In this document: positions 50,530 to 60,225 of the stretch, one piece after another
How the letters are laid out: every line of letters starts with the position of its first letter
How positions within the stretch are numbered: the stretch's first letter is position 1
DNA from: Spirochaetota bacterium
Lineage (GTDB): Bacteria > Spirochaetota > JAHITG01 > JAFGFC01
Direction: 5' to 3'
DNA length: 64,000 bases
Assembly (NCBI GenBank): GCA_016931325.1
Contig: JAFGFC010000071.1
Location: 11,379-75,378 of the forward strand
Notes under the pieces: generated by a model
Seen by the model: the letters and a program-made list of their open reading frames with translations, nothing else
Told to the model about the DNA's origin: nothing
Database searches by the model: none
Translations under genes and position numbers: made by a program

Positions 50530-51099
50530 ATGGGAAATTTTATTGAAATCAGATGGCATGGTCGAGGTGGTCAGGGTGCTAAATCAGCTTCACAGATCAT
50601 TGCTGAATCTCTCTTTGCATTGGGTAAATTTGCTCAATCCTTCCCGGAGTATGGTGCCGAAAGAGCCGGTGCTCCCATGAGAGCGTTTAACCGGATCGAT
50701 GAAAAACCCATCACGCTTTATGCCCCGGTGGAGAATCCTGATATTGTTATTGTTATCGACCCTACCCTTTTATCAGCCATTGATGTTTCTGACGGGCTGA
50801 AAAAAGACGGGATCCTTCTGATCAATTCCAAGGATGACCCGAAAAAAATAAAAACAAAATTCGATTTTAAAGATTTCAAAGTTTATACTGTTCCCGCCAG
50901 CACCATCGCGGTTGAGGAGATAGGAAGAGATATGCCCAATACTCCGATGCTGGGGGCTCTTTCAAAAATATCCAGCATTATCAAATTAAAGGACCTTGAA
51001 GAAAAGTTCAAAGAACATTTTACTGAAAAACTGGGGGAACTGATGGTAGGAAAGAATATCAAGGCTATGGCCAGGGGATTTAAGGAGGTAAAGGAATGA
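50530..51099 (+). CDS. porG: 2-oxoacid:ferredoxin oxidoreductase, gamma subunit
   Basis: IRWHGRGGQGAKSASQIIAE. Confidence 0.8.
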   Translation: MGNFIEIRWHGRGGQGAKSASQIIAESLFALGKFAQSFPEYGAERAGAPMRAFNRIDEKPITLYAPVENPDIVIVIDPTLLSAIDVSDGLKKDGILLINSKDDPKKIKTKFDFKDFKVYTVPASTIAVEEIGRDMPNTPMLGALSKISSIIKLKDLEEKFKEHFTEKLGELMVGKNIKAMARGFKEVKE

Positions 51100-51392
51100 A
51101 ATCAAAACTAAAAGGTTATAAAGAGATCCCTATTGGCGGATTGATATTAGACGCAGGAAATGCCAAAACTTATAAAACCGGCGGATGGCGATCTAAACGG
51201 CCGATCCTTGATAAAAGCAATTGTATTAACTGTTATTTTTGCTGGTTCTATTGTCCTGACAATTCAGTAGATGTAAAGGACAAAGATGTAAAAGGTTTTA
51301 AACTTGACTATTGTAAGGGTTGTGGCATTTGTGCCGTTGTATGTCCTAAGAAATGTATCAAGATGGAAGACGAAGACAAATTCGAAGAATAA
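51096..51392 (+). CDS. porD: 2-oxoacid:ferredoxin oxidoreductase, delta subunit (two 4Fe-4S clusters)
   Basis: CINCYFCWFYCP and CKGCGICAVVCP. Confidence 0.8.
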   Translation: MKSKLKGYKEIPIGGLILDAGNAKTYKTGGWRSKRPILDKSNCINCYFCWFYCPDNSVDVKDKDVKGFKLDYCKGCGICAVVCPKKCIKMEDEDKFEE

Positions 51393-51471
51393 GGGATTTC
51401 GAACTTAACAGGCCCGAGCCTAAAGGCCCGGCTACTATGTTCGGCTATTACAAAATGGAGGTAATTATAAA

Positions 51472-52638
51472 ATGGGTAAAAGATTAGCCTTAACCGGTGA
51501 TATGGCTGCTGCCGAGTCCATGCGCCAGATAAATCCGGATGTTGTCGCGGCTTATCCGATCACGCCACAAACAGAGATCATGATGACTTTTTCTCAGTTC
51601 GTGGCCGATGGTCTTGTCGATACCGAGCTCGTCAGAGTGGATAGCGAACACTCGGCTATGAGCGCCTGCGTTGGATCCGCGGCCGCTGGAGCCAGGACCA
51701 TGACAGCGACAGCCGCTAATGGACTGGCTCTCATGCATGAAGTTGTATATATTGCCGCTTCCACAAGATTACCCATTGTTATGCCGGTCGTCAACAGAGC
51801 GCTTTCAGCGCCGATCAACATCCACTGCGATCATTCTGATACCATGGCTGAAAGAGATTCCGGCTGGATACAGATCTTTTCACAGGACCCGCAGGAAGTA
51901 TACGATCATATCCTTCTGGCTCTGAAACTTTCCGAACATCCTGATGTTCTTTTACCCACCATGGTCAATCAGGACGGTTTTATCACCTCACATGGTGTTG
52001 AACCCGTTGAGATCCTTGATGACAGTGTTGTAAAAACATGGATCGGCGATTATAAACCAAAACACACATTGCTGGATTTTGAAAATCCTATTACAGTAGG
52101 GCCTCTGGATCTTTACGATTATTATTTTGAACATAAACGGCAACAGGTCGATGCGATCGATAATGCTTTCAAGATATATCCTCAGGTGGCTAAAGAGTTA
52201 TCTAAATTGACCAAGCGGGAATATCCCATGATCGAACAATACAATATTGAAAAGGCTGATCATGTAATCGTTACCATGGCCTCTGCGGCCGGAACAACAA
52301 GATATGTTGTGGATCAGTTAACGGAAAAGGGGGAGAAAGTAGGGCTTTTAAAGATAAGGCTTTTCAGGCCATTTCCCGCAGACCAGATCGTGAATATTTT
52401 AAAAGGCAAAAAGTCAGTTGCGGTATTGGATCGCAGCGCTTCTTTTGGAAGTTTTCCTCCTCTGGCAGAGGAGATAAGAAATGCTCTTTATGATGAAAAG
52501 ACAAAGCCGCCTGTTTATTCTTTTGTTTTTGGTCTTGGGGGAAGAGACCTTTTACCCTCTCATGTCGAACATGTCTTTAAAGGACTGGCAAAGGGCAGTT
52601 TCAATACCAAAACTATAGAATATCTTGGTGTCAGATAG
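51472..52638 (+). CDS. porA: 2-oxoacid:ferredoxin oxidoreductase, alpha subunit
   Basis: ALTGDMAAAESMRQINPDVVAAYPITPQTE is a typical PorA N-terminus. Confidence 0.8.
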   Translation: MGKRLALTGDMAAAESMRQINPDVVAAYPITPQTEIMMTFSQFVADGLVDTELVRVDSEHSAMSACVGSAAAGARTMTATAANGLALMHEVVYIAASTRLPIVMPVVNRALSAPINIHCDHSDTMAERDSGWIQIFSQDPQEVYDHILLALKLSEHPDVLLPTMVNQDGFITSHGVEPVEILDDSVVKTWIGDYKPKHTLLDFENPITVGPLDLYDYYFEHKRQQVDAIDNAFKIYPQVAKELSKLTKREYPMIEQYNIEKADHVIVTMASAAGTTRYVVDQLTEKGEKVGLLKIRLFRPFPADQIVNILKGKKSVAVLDRSASFGSFPPLAEEIRNALYDEKTKPPVYSFVFGLGGRDLLPSHVEHVFKGLAKGSFNTKTIEYLGVR

Positions 52639-52647
52639 GAGGAAAAA

Positions 52648-53571
52648 ATGGCTTTTATTTTAAAAGAACTTTTAGATAAACCTGAAAAATTGACTTCAGG
52701 TCACAGATTATGTCCCGGGTGCGGCGCGCCGATTTTAGCAAAATGGATCATGATGGCCACCGATTTTCCTCTTGTTGTGGCTAACGCCACAGGATGCCTT
52801 GAGGTTTCCACGACCATCTATCCCTATACGGCATGGAATACTCCATGGATACATAATGCTTTTGAAAATGCCGCTGCCACGATTGCCGGAGTTGAGTCGG
52901 CTTATAAATCACTTTCACGCCAGGGCAAGATAAAGAAAAAGGTAAAATTCATCGCCTTTGGCGGTGACGGCGGTACTTATGATATAGGGATCCAGGCCCT
53001 TTCAGGCGCTCTGGAAAGAGGCCATGATATGGTCTATATCTGCTATGATAATGAAGGATATATGAATACGGGGGCCCAGCGCAGTGGCGCCACACCCAAA
53101 GGAGCCAGCACAACAACTGAACCGGCTGGAAAAGTGAGCTATGGCAAGAAAATGAGGCATAAAGATCTTACAGCCATTGCCGCGGCTCATCATATCCCTT
53201 ATGCGGCTCAGGCGGCTCTTTCTAACTGGCAGGACCTTATGAAAAAAGCCAAAAAAGCGATTGAAGTTGATGGCCCGGCTTTTTTAAATATCCTTTCACC
53301 CTGTGTCCGGTTCTGGCGTATTCCTGATGACCAGACCATAGAAATTTCAAAATTAGCGGTCGAAACCAATTTCTGGCCTCTTTTTGAGATCGATAACGGG
53401 AAGTGGATCCTTAATTACAAACCCAGAGAACGAAAGCCAATTATGGATTGGATCAAGGTCCAGGGCAGATACAAGCATCTTTTACAGGAAAAGAATAAAC
53501 CGGTTATTGAAGAGATCCAGAAAGAGATTGATGAGTACTTTCACTGGCTGGAAAAAAGATGCAGCGACTGA
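52648..53571 (+). CDS. porB: 2-oxoacid:ferredoxin oxidoreductase, beta subunit (TPP-binding)
   Basis: CPGCGAPIL and the TPP motif GDGGTYDIG. Confidence 0.8.
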   Translation: MAFILKELLDKPEKLTSGHRLCPGCGAPILAKWIMMATDFPLVVANATGCLEVSTTIYPYTAWNTPWIHNAFENAAATIAGVESAYKSLSRQGKIKKKVKFIAFGGDGGTYDIGIQALSGALERGHDMVYICYDNEGYMNTGAQRSGATPKGASTTTEPAGKVSYGKKMRHKDLTAIAAAHHIPYAAQAALSNWQDLMKKAKKAIEVDGPAFLNILSPCVRFWRIPDDQTIEISKLAVETNFWPLFEIDNGKWILNYKPRERKPIMDWIKVQGRYKHLLQEKNKPVIEEIQKEIDEYFHWLEKRCSD

Positions 53572-53694
53572 ATTTAAAGGATTCGAGGATGACAGATGGG
53601 CTTTTCTAATCCCGCAAATGCCCTTTAGATCTTTCACCAAATATAGGCTCGCTAAGTGTGGTTACATTAAGAACTGCTAAAAACAGGATGAATT

Positions 53695-54858
53695 ATGGAT
53701 ATAAAATATTCTACCAAAATAACAAAATTGCCTCCTTATCTTTTCGCTGAAATCGATCGTCTGAAGGCGGAAGTAAGAGCCAAAGGGAAAAAAATACTGA
53801 GTTTGGGGATTGGTGACCCGGATCTGCCCACTCCAAGAATTATTGTACAGTCTTTAAAAGAAACTGTGACCCATTCCGAGTACCATCATTATCCTTCTTA
53901 TGAAGGAAGACTGGATCTTCGCCAACAGATCGCTAAATGGTTCAAAAAAAGATTTAAAGTCTCTTTTGACCCTGACAGGGAGATCCTTTCCCTGATCGGT
54001 ACAAAAGAGGGGATCGGTCATTTCCCTTTTGCTTTTCTAGAACAAAACGATCTGGTTTTAGTGCCTGATCCGGCTTACCCTGTATATCGCTCTGGTACCA
54101 TTTTTGCCGAAGGTGAGCCTTATTATATGCCCCTTTTAGAAGAAAACGACTTTTTACCTGATCTTGCCAGGATCCCGCACGATATCAGAAATAAAGCTAA
54201 AATAATGTTTATCAATTATCCTAATAACCCCACTTCTGCCATGGCTACCGAAGATTTTTTTAAACAGGCCATCGATTTTTCCGAAAAATATAATATTATC
54301 CTTGCCCATGATGCCGCCTACAGTGAATTATTTTTTGAAAAACCTCCTCTGTCTATTTTCCAGATCCCGGGAGCGAAAGATATCGCTATTGAATTCCATT
54401 CGCTCTCCAAAACATTTAATATGACAGGCTGGCGTATTGGCTTTGCGGTAGGTCAGGAAAAACTGATTCAAGGCCTGGCAAAGATCAAGAACAACCTTGA
54501 CTCTGGTATTTTTGAACCTATCCAGCTGGCCGCGATAACCGCTCTGCAGAATTACGATACGATCTGTGAAGAGAATCGAAATATTTACAAACGCCGTCGC
54601 GACGAAGCCTGCCGATATCTTGATGAATTGGGATGGAAATATAAAAAGCCTTCAGGCACTTTTTATTTATGGGTTAATTGCCTTGCCGGCTATAGCTCTA
54701 AAAGTATGGCCCAGAAATTGTTAGAGGAAGAAGGTATCGTTGTTACTCCGGGAGTGGGATTTGGCCCATCCGGTGAGGGTTATATCAGAATGGCCCTTAC
54801 CGTGGACGAACAGATCCTGGAACAGGTATTTCATAAGATAAAAAAAATTAAATGGTAA
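53695..54858 (+). CDS. Class I/II PLP-dependent aminotransferase, LL-diaminopimelate aminotransferase (DapL)-like
   Basis: LPPYLFAEIDRLKAEVRAKGKKILSLGIGDPDLPTP at the N-terminus. SLSKTFNMTGWRIG carries the PLP lysine. Confidence 0.55.
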   Translation: MDIKYSTKITKLPPYLFAEIDRLKAEVRAKGKKILSLGIGDPDLPTPRIIVQSLKETVTHSEYHHYPSYEGRLDLRQQIAKWFKKRFKVSFDPDREILSLIGTKEGIGHFPFAFLEQNDLVLVPDPAYPVYRSGTIFAEGEPYYMPLLEENDFLPDLARIPHDIRNKAKIMFINYPNNPTSAMATEDFFKQAIDFSEKYNIILAHDAAYSELFFEKPPLSIFQIPGAKDIAIEFHSLSKTFNMTGWRIGFAVGQEKLIQGLAKIKNNLDSGIFEPIQLAAITALQNYDTICEENRNIYKRRRDEACRYLDELGWKYKKPSGTFYLWVNCLAGYSSKSMAQKLLEEEGIVVTPGVGFGPSGEGYIRMALTVDEQILEQVFHKIKKIKW

Positions 54859-55373
54859 AAAAGGCTTTAGATAAATATCATACCGTCTATCTTTCTCTGG
54901 GAAGCAATATCGGGGACAGGGAAAAAAATATAATCAATGCTCTCCGTCTGCTAAAGATCAAGGGTATCCCTATCACAAAGATGTCTTCTCTTTATGAAAG
55001 TGAACCGGTGGGGATCGAAGATCAGCCCTGGTTCTATAATATGGTGATAAAAATTTCCTCATCTTTACAACCGGATAAAATTTTAAAGATCGTTAAGGAT
55101 ATAGAAGCCGAGATTGGCAGAATGTGGACAACAAAATGGGGTCCCCGTGTCATTGATATCGATATCCTGTTCTATGAAGATCAAATAGTGAATATGGAAA
55201 ATCTTGTTATTCCTCATAAAGAATTCCATAACCGGGACTTTGTGCTGGTCCCTATGGTGGAAATAGAGCCGGATTTTATTCATCCTGTTTTGAAAAAGAG
55301 CATTGAGGATATACTGGAATCTCCCCGTAAAAGAAAGAAAGTAATATGGGTTAAATTTTTAGGAGCCGTTTAA
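54852..55373 (+). CDS. folK: 2-amino-4-hydroxy-6-hydroxymethyldihydropteridine pyrophosphokinase
   Basis: VYLSLGSNIGDRE...ESEPVG...WGPRVIDIDILFYED. Confidence 0.8.
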   Translation: MVKKALDKYHTVYLSLGSNIGDREKNIINALRLLKIKGIPITKMSSLYESEPVGIEDQPWFYNMVIKISSSLQPDKILKIVKDIEAEIGRMWTTKWGPRVIDIDILFYEDQIVNMENLVIPHKEFHNRDFVLVPMVEIEPDFIHPVLKKSIEDILESPRKRKKVIWVKFLGAV

Positions 55374-56198
55374 ATGAAATATATCAATTATCTTTTAAAG
55401 AAAAAACAGAAAAAAGAACAGATCACGGCTTTGACCGCCTATGATCATATAACAGCCCGGATCCTGGAAGAGGCCGGTATTGATATCATTCTCGTGGGTG
55501 ATTCCTATGGAATGGTAAAATTGGGTTTTGATAATACCCTCCCGGTGACCATGGAACAGATGCTCACGATTACCAAAGCGGTATCAACAGGGGTGAAGGA
55601 TTCTATCATTATTGCAGATATGCCATTTCTCTCCTTTCATACAAACACCTCTGATGCGATAAAAAATGCCGGGTTGTTCCTGAAAGAAACAAAAGCGCAG
55701 GGAGTCAAGATCGAATCACATAAAGGGAATCTTGACCTGATCGGCCGCGTGATCAAAGCTGATATCCCCGTGATGGGTCATCTAGGACTCGTGCCTCAAT
55801 CGATTTACAGGCTTGGCGGATATAAAACACAGGGGAAAACAGCAGAAGAAGCTCTGACCTTGATCTCTATGGCCAGGCAACTTGAAGATCTGGGATGTTT
55901 TGCCATCATCCTGGAGGGTGTTGCCAGTGAAGTAACTCAAAAGATCGCAGAGGCGCTCCGGATCCCGATTATCGGCATCGGCTCAGGACCCTGTGATGGA
56001 CAGATTCTCGTTCTGGATGATCTCTTGGGGTGTAATCCCGATATCAATTTAAAGCATGCGAAAAAATATGCAAATTTATTTCAGATTACAAAACAGGCTG
56101 TCGTAAATTATAAAAAGGATATTGTATCAGGGAAATTCCCTGATAAAACTCATTATGACCGCATGAATAAAGATGAATTAAATAAATTACAGTCATAG
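55374..56198 (+). CDS. panB: 3-methyl-2-oxobutanoate hydroxymethyltransferase
   Basis: ITALTAYDHITARILEEAGIDIILVGDSYGMV...GFDNTLPVTMEQM. Confidence 0.85.
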   Translation: MKYINYLLKKKQKKEQITALTAYDHITARILEEAGIDIILVGDSYGMVKLGFDNTLPVTMEQMLTITKAVSTGVKDSIIIADMPFLSFHTNTSDAIKNAGLFLKETKAQGVKIESHKGNLDLIGRVIKADIPVMGHLGLVPQSIYRLGGYKTQGKTAEEALTLISMARQLEDLGCFAIILEGVASEVTQKIAEALRIPIIGIGSGPCDGQILVLDDLLGCNPDINLKHAKKYANLFQITKQAVVNYKKDIVSGKFPDKTHYDRMNKDELNKLQS

Positions 56199-56241
56199 AT
56201 CGTATGCTGTAATATTACATACTTATTTTTAGGAGAATTTT

Positions 56242-57459
56242 ATGTTACCACTTTATATCGGGATAGGGGTTGTCATTGTTGGTTTTATCGGGTTTATCAT
56301 AGAAAGGTTCATAAGAAGAGAAAAACGATGGAAGATCCAAATCAAATTAATGGCCCAGAGACAGGATTACGCGGGAGCCATCGATCTGACCAAACGCCTG
56401 ATCAATCTCAGGCCCAATAAAGTGGACTATTATCTTCTTCTGGCTGATCTGTATGAAAGGAATAAAATGAAGGCTTCCGCTCTTGAAGTCTATCAGAACA
56501 TGATCAAAAACAAGATATTTTCCAATAAATGCCGTGAACATAATATCAGAGAAAAGATCGCCATCATCAATATAGAAGACAAAAAGATCATTGAGGCTTT
56601 TAAAGAATTATACATTATCTTCCGGACCCATTCCCAATCATCCTATGCTCTGGCCCTCCTGGGCCGGATCTATGGCTCACAGATGAAATATGATAAAGCC
56701 AGGGACTATCTTACCAAGGCCATCACTCTGTCTCCTCATATAGCCGAATTTCACTATCAGATGGGTCTGCTATGGCTTGATACAGGAGACCTGACTCGTG
56801 CCATAGAAGAGCTGGAAAAATCCATGACCCAGGATCCCAACCATGTGAAAGCACAATATTTTCTGGCTCTCTGCTACCGCCAGAGAGGATTACAGGAAAA
56901 AGCGAAAACACTTTTTGAGAGACTGAATATAACCAATCTTAACAATCTTCCCAATAATATTACTCAGATCGGGATCATGGCCCAGAATATGCCAAAATTC
57001 AATATCGATGAAATAGCCAAAAGCCTGGATGAAGAATTAAGTGGTATGAAAAAAGACGGCCGGGTGAAAGTGAAGGATGTTGATGAACTCTTGGATTCCG
57101 GAATAGATGTATTTCATGAGACGGCTGTTTCTGTGATCCTGAAAATGGGGTATACAATAAAGGATGAGATAAGGAATCGCCTGATCGATCCCAATACGGA
57201 AATCGATTTTATTACCATCGCTAAAAAATACCAGGATGAACCACAGCCGCCTTTATGTTTCATCCAGTTTAACAAGGTCCGTTCGGAAGTCGGCACTATC
57301 CCTTTTGCCGATTTTATTTCAAAAATGAAAGATGCGCGGGCCAGGTCCGGAATATTCATCACCACGTCTTCTTTTTCAAGCCAGATCCATGAAAAGATCA
57401 CAAAGGAGAATTTAAGGATCACCCTGATCGACCGAACTAAACTCAACCGTTATCTTTAG
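56242..57459 (+). CDS. Membrane-anchored TPR-repeat protein with a C-terminal Mrr-like (PD-(D/E)xK) restriction-endonuclease domain
   Basis: N-terminal TM LPLYIGIGVVIVGFIGFII. About 6 TPR units. The C-terminus ...VILKMGYTIKDE...DPNTEIDFIT...CFIQFNKV...SGIFITTSSFSSQIHEKITKENLRITLIDRTKL matches the Mrr_cat pattern (GY, D..iD, vQcK, iTTs.Fs, LiDg..L). Confidence 0.55.
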   Translation: MLPLYIGIGVVIVGFIGFIIERFIRREKRWKIQIKLMAQRQDYAGAIDLTKRLINLRPNKVDYYLLLADLYERNKMKASALEVYQNMIKNKIFSNKCREHNIREKIAIINIEDKKIIEAFKELYIIFRTHSQSSYALALLGRIYGSQMKYDKARDYLTKAITLSPHIAEFHYQMGLLWLDTGDLTRAIEELEKSMTQDPNHVKAQYFLALCYRQRGLQEKAKTLFERLNITNLNNLPNNITQIGIMAQNMPKFNIDEIAKSLDEELSGMKKDGRVKVKDVDELLDSGIDVFHETAVSVILKMGYTIKDEIRNRLIDPNTEIDFITIAKKYQDEPQPPLCFIQFNKVRSEVGTIPFADFISKMKDARARSGIFITTSSFSSQIHEKITKENLRITLIDRTKLNRYL

Positions 57460-58610
57460 TCTTCCAGCAGGGATGCCCTTTTTATGCTGTTGCTTCCAAA
57501 TCTCTCTCTAATTGAATCAACTGATCTTTCAACCTTTGCCAATTTTTTATTCTGAAAAAGGCTCAACTGCTCTTCACCCGGGTCAAATCCGCTTGATCCT
57601 ACGCCTAAAAGCCTGACAGGACGCAGGGAAATCGTTGAAAAAAGGTTCAATACGGTTTTATATATCTTGGCGCTGAGATCAGTAGCCTCGCTTAAGGTGA
57701 TCTGTCTGGTAATTGTTTTAAAATCAAAGTATTTCACCTTTAATTTTATGGTCCTGGCTTTTAATTTATGGTTCCGCAAACGCCGGGCCACCTGATCACT
57801 CAGAGACAATAAGATCTTATTAATAGTCTCTCCATCCGTAATATCATGATCCAGAGTGGTCTCATTGCTGATGGATTTTTCTTCCTGCCGGGAAGCCGGA
57901 ATCACCACCGAATCATCTATTCCCCTGGCCATCTTGAAAATATGCTCACCATATATACCGAAATATCTGACAAGATGCTCTCTGGACAATCTTTTCAGAT
58001 CTTTTACTAATATAACACCCTGTTGATGAAAAATTTCAGCGGTTTTCGGTCCCAGCCCCGGCAGGACTTCCACCTTGAGATTATCCAGAAAACTCTCCAC
58101 TTCCGATTTCTTCAAAAGAAAAAGACCATCGGGTTTTTTGAAATTAGAGGCTATTTTAGCTAAAAGTTTATTCGGCGCTATCCCGATCGAACAGGTCAAT
58201 AGAAATTCATCCTTAATCCTTTGCTTGATCATTCTGGCGATCTTGGTGGCGTTATGGAATAGAAGAAGAGACCCTGTGACATCCAGATAGGCTTCGTCAA
58301 TACTGCTTGGTTCCACCAGGGGGGTAAAAGAACAAAAGACATCCATTATTTTTTCGGATACTTCCGTATATCGGTTGAATCGACCCTGAACAAGGATTAG
58401 ATGAGGACATTTTTTCATAGCGGTTCTCACAGGCATGGCAGAATGAACACCGAATTTTCTGGCTTCATAACTGGAGGTTGATACGACACCCCTTTGATCT
58501 GTTCGTCCGCAAACGGCAATGGGTTTTCCTCTGTATTCGGGAAAATCTCTCTGCTCCACAGCCGCATAAAAGGCATCCATGTCGATGTGGAGAATATTTT
58601 CCTGTTGCAT
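57456..58610 (-). CDS. dinB: DNA polymerase IV (Y-family); start trimmed to Met11
   Basis: MQQENILHIDMDAFYAAVEQRD is the canonical DinB N-terminus. The palm, thumb and little-finger regions are all present. Confidence 0.85.
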   Translation of the reverse strand: MQQENILHIDMDAFYAAVEQRDFPEYRGKPIAVCGRTDQRGVVSTSSYEARKFGVHSAMPVRTAMKKCPHLILVQGRFNRYTEVSEKIMDVFCSFTPLVEPSSIDEAYLDVTGSLLLFHNATKIARMIKQRIKDEFLLTCSIGIAPNKLLAKIASNFKKPDGLFLLKKSEVESFLDNLKVEVLPGLGPKTAEIFHQQGVILVKDLKRLSREHLVRYFGIYGEHIFKMARGIDDSVVIPASRQEEKSISNETTLDHDITDGETINKILLSLSDQVARRLRNHKLKARTIKLKVKYFDFKTITRQITLSEATDLSAKIYKTVLNLFSTISLRPVRLLGVGSSGFDPGEEQLSLFQNKKLAKVERSVDSIRERFGSNSIKRASLLED

Positions 58611-58661
58611 ATTACGAATTAAATAGCTTTGAGAAAGCAAGTCAACTCTTTTTAGATTCTC

Positions 58662-59058
58662 GTTCGAGGTTCGACGTGCGACGTCAACGCACAGGAAGTG
58701 CGTTGGGTCAAATCGGCCTGGAAGGCTGAGATTTGACCACGAAGTTCGATGAACAGGATGGTCATCGGATCGGCTCAGTTCCCCTGCAATTCATGGAATT
58801 GCGGGGATTAAATCCCGGAAATAGCCCTGCCATTTCAAGGGACGTAGCATTTCCAGGGTAAAGTCCTTGGAATTGCTACGCAATTCCTAAGGAGTCTTAA
58901 TCCTCGGAATTTCTCGGAGAAATTCCAGAGGGATGAATTGCAGGGGAGAGGATTCGACACTCCTACATCCTGCCCCTAGAAATTTTTTATCGAAAAATTT
59001 CAGGGGTATAGTCCCTGGAATTGTACTTTGGACAATTCCTAGGGATAGGTCGTCGAAC
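58662..59058 (+). repeat. Structured intergenic element, copy 1: GTTCGAN heptads, conserved hairpin module, then five tandem GGAATT/AATTCC-type hairpins, bounded by inverted CGTTCGACG-like ends
   Basis: Left end gttcgag gttcgac gtgcgac. Hairpins caacgcac-aggaa-gtgcgttg and cccctgcaatt-catgg-aattgcgggg. Further hairpins at 58868-58892, 58904-58924, 58975-59006 and 59015-59046. Right end ggtcgtcgaacg. The module is homologous to 62672..62818. Confidence 0.55.
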
Positions 59059-59115
59059 GTATTATTGCTTGACTTTGTTAAAGATTATACTATCTTGAAA
59101 AATCTTTAAATAGAG

Positions 59116-60192
59116 GTGATGGAAATGGTGTTCGATAAGGAAACCCAGAGGAAAGTCATCATGGGTGTAGCGATCTTACTGGCTATTGCTTTCATTGCGC
59201 TGGTCTATTTTGAATGGGGAAAAGGGGGAGCTGCTTCTTCAGGAACTTTTGAAGTAGCCAGAGTCAATGGCCACTCTATATATATTCAAGAATTCAGGAA
59301 CCTGTTTGAACAGGTAAAAGAAATGAATCGTGAAAGAGTGGATGATGACAAGACAGGGCAGGTTAATAAAGAATTAATGATACAGACCCTTTACAGTCTG
59401 GTCCAGCGATATCTGATCCTTCAGGAAGCCGATAGGGCTGATGTCGGTGTCAGCGAGAATGAAACCTTCAGGAATGTTATCAGGAGACGTGAATTTCAGA
59501 CAGAAAGCGGGCAGTTCAATGAATTTCTCTATCGTCGACTTCCTTCATCTTTTAAAAAGAAACTCGAAACGGATACGCGTGAAGGATTAATAGAACAACT
59601 TTTTCTTATGAGACTTCTCGATTCAGTAAAAATATCAGATCTGGACCTGAGACTATATTTTCAGCAGAAGAATACAAAATGCAGAGTACGATTCGTCTAT
59701 TTAAAAGTACCTGAAGGGGGAGGCGATAAAAATCTGCTGGGAATGGATGAAAACAGGGTAAAGATCGAGAAAGCCATTGATCGATTTATTAAAATGGCGA
59801 AACAGAGTAATTTTGACACGGCCGCCAACGCGCTGGGACTGGAGGTGAAGGCTACAGACTATTTTTCATTTTTCGGACCCATCAATAAACCGGGAAGTGA
59901 TAACAGATGGACAGACCTGGAAGTACAGGGGACCTATCAGGAAGCCTTTAAACTCAAACCATTCCAGGTTAGTGATAAGATATCCACACCAAACGGTTAT
60001 ATCGCGATCCAGCTGATAGGCAGAATGAATCCGAACTGGAATACCTTCTATAAGGATCTGCCAAAATTAAAAGCCGAACTGGAAGGCCTAAGGCGTAATT
60101 ATATCAGACAGCAATGGTATATCACCGTAGTACAAAGATCCAAGATCCGGAATAATCTCAACAAGCTTTTAGGTGAAGATTCGGGAACCTAA
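59116..60192 (+). CDS. Membrane-anchored SurA-N-terminal-domain/PpiD-like periplasmic chaperone candidate
   Basis: N-terminal TM anchor, then ARVNGHSIYIQEFRN, typical of the SurA/PpiD N-domain. No clear PPIase signature. The start may be the ATG at 59125. Confidence 0.35.
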   Translation: MMEMVFDKETQRKVIMGVAILLAIAFIALVYFEWGKGGAASSGTFEVARVNGHSIYIQEFRNLFEQVKEMNRERVDDDKTGQVNKELMIQTLYSLVQRYLILQEADRADVGVSENETFRNVIRRREFQTESGQFNEFLYRRLPSSFKKKLETDTREGLIEQLFLMRLLDSVKISDLDLRLYFQQKNTKCRVRFVYLKVPEGGGDKNLLGMDENRVKIEKAIDRFIKMAKQSNFDTAANALGLEVKATDYFSFFGPINKPGSDNRWTDLEVQGTYQEAFKLKPFQVSDKISTPNGYIAIQLIGRMNPNWNTFYKDLPKLKAELEGLRRNYIRQQWYITVVQRSKIRNNLNKLLGEDSGT

Positions 60193-60225
60193 AAAAAGTA
60201 TTTTAAACATTCTCTTTTTTTGTTG

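Noticed and set aside
53384-53680. 98-aa ORF overlapping the 3' end of porB
   Set aside because: It is in a different frame from porB and runs into the intergenic region. It has no RBS or family signal, and porB is strongly supported.
58611-58700. LexA/Cheo-type SOS box upstream of dinB among the GTTCGAN heptads
   Set aside because: The heptads are direct repeats. No GAAC-N4-GTTC or CTGT-N8-ACAG palindrome is present.
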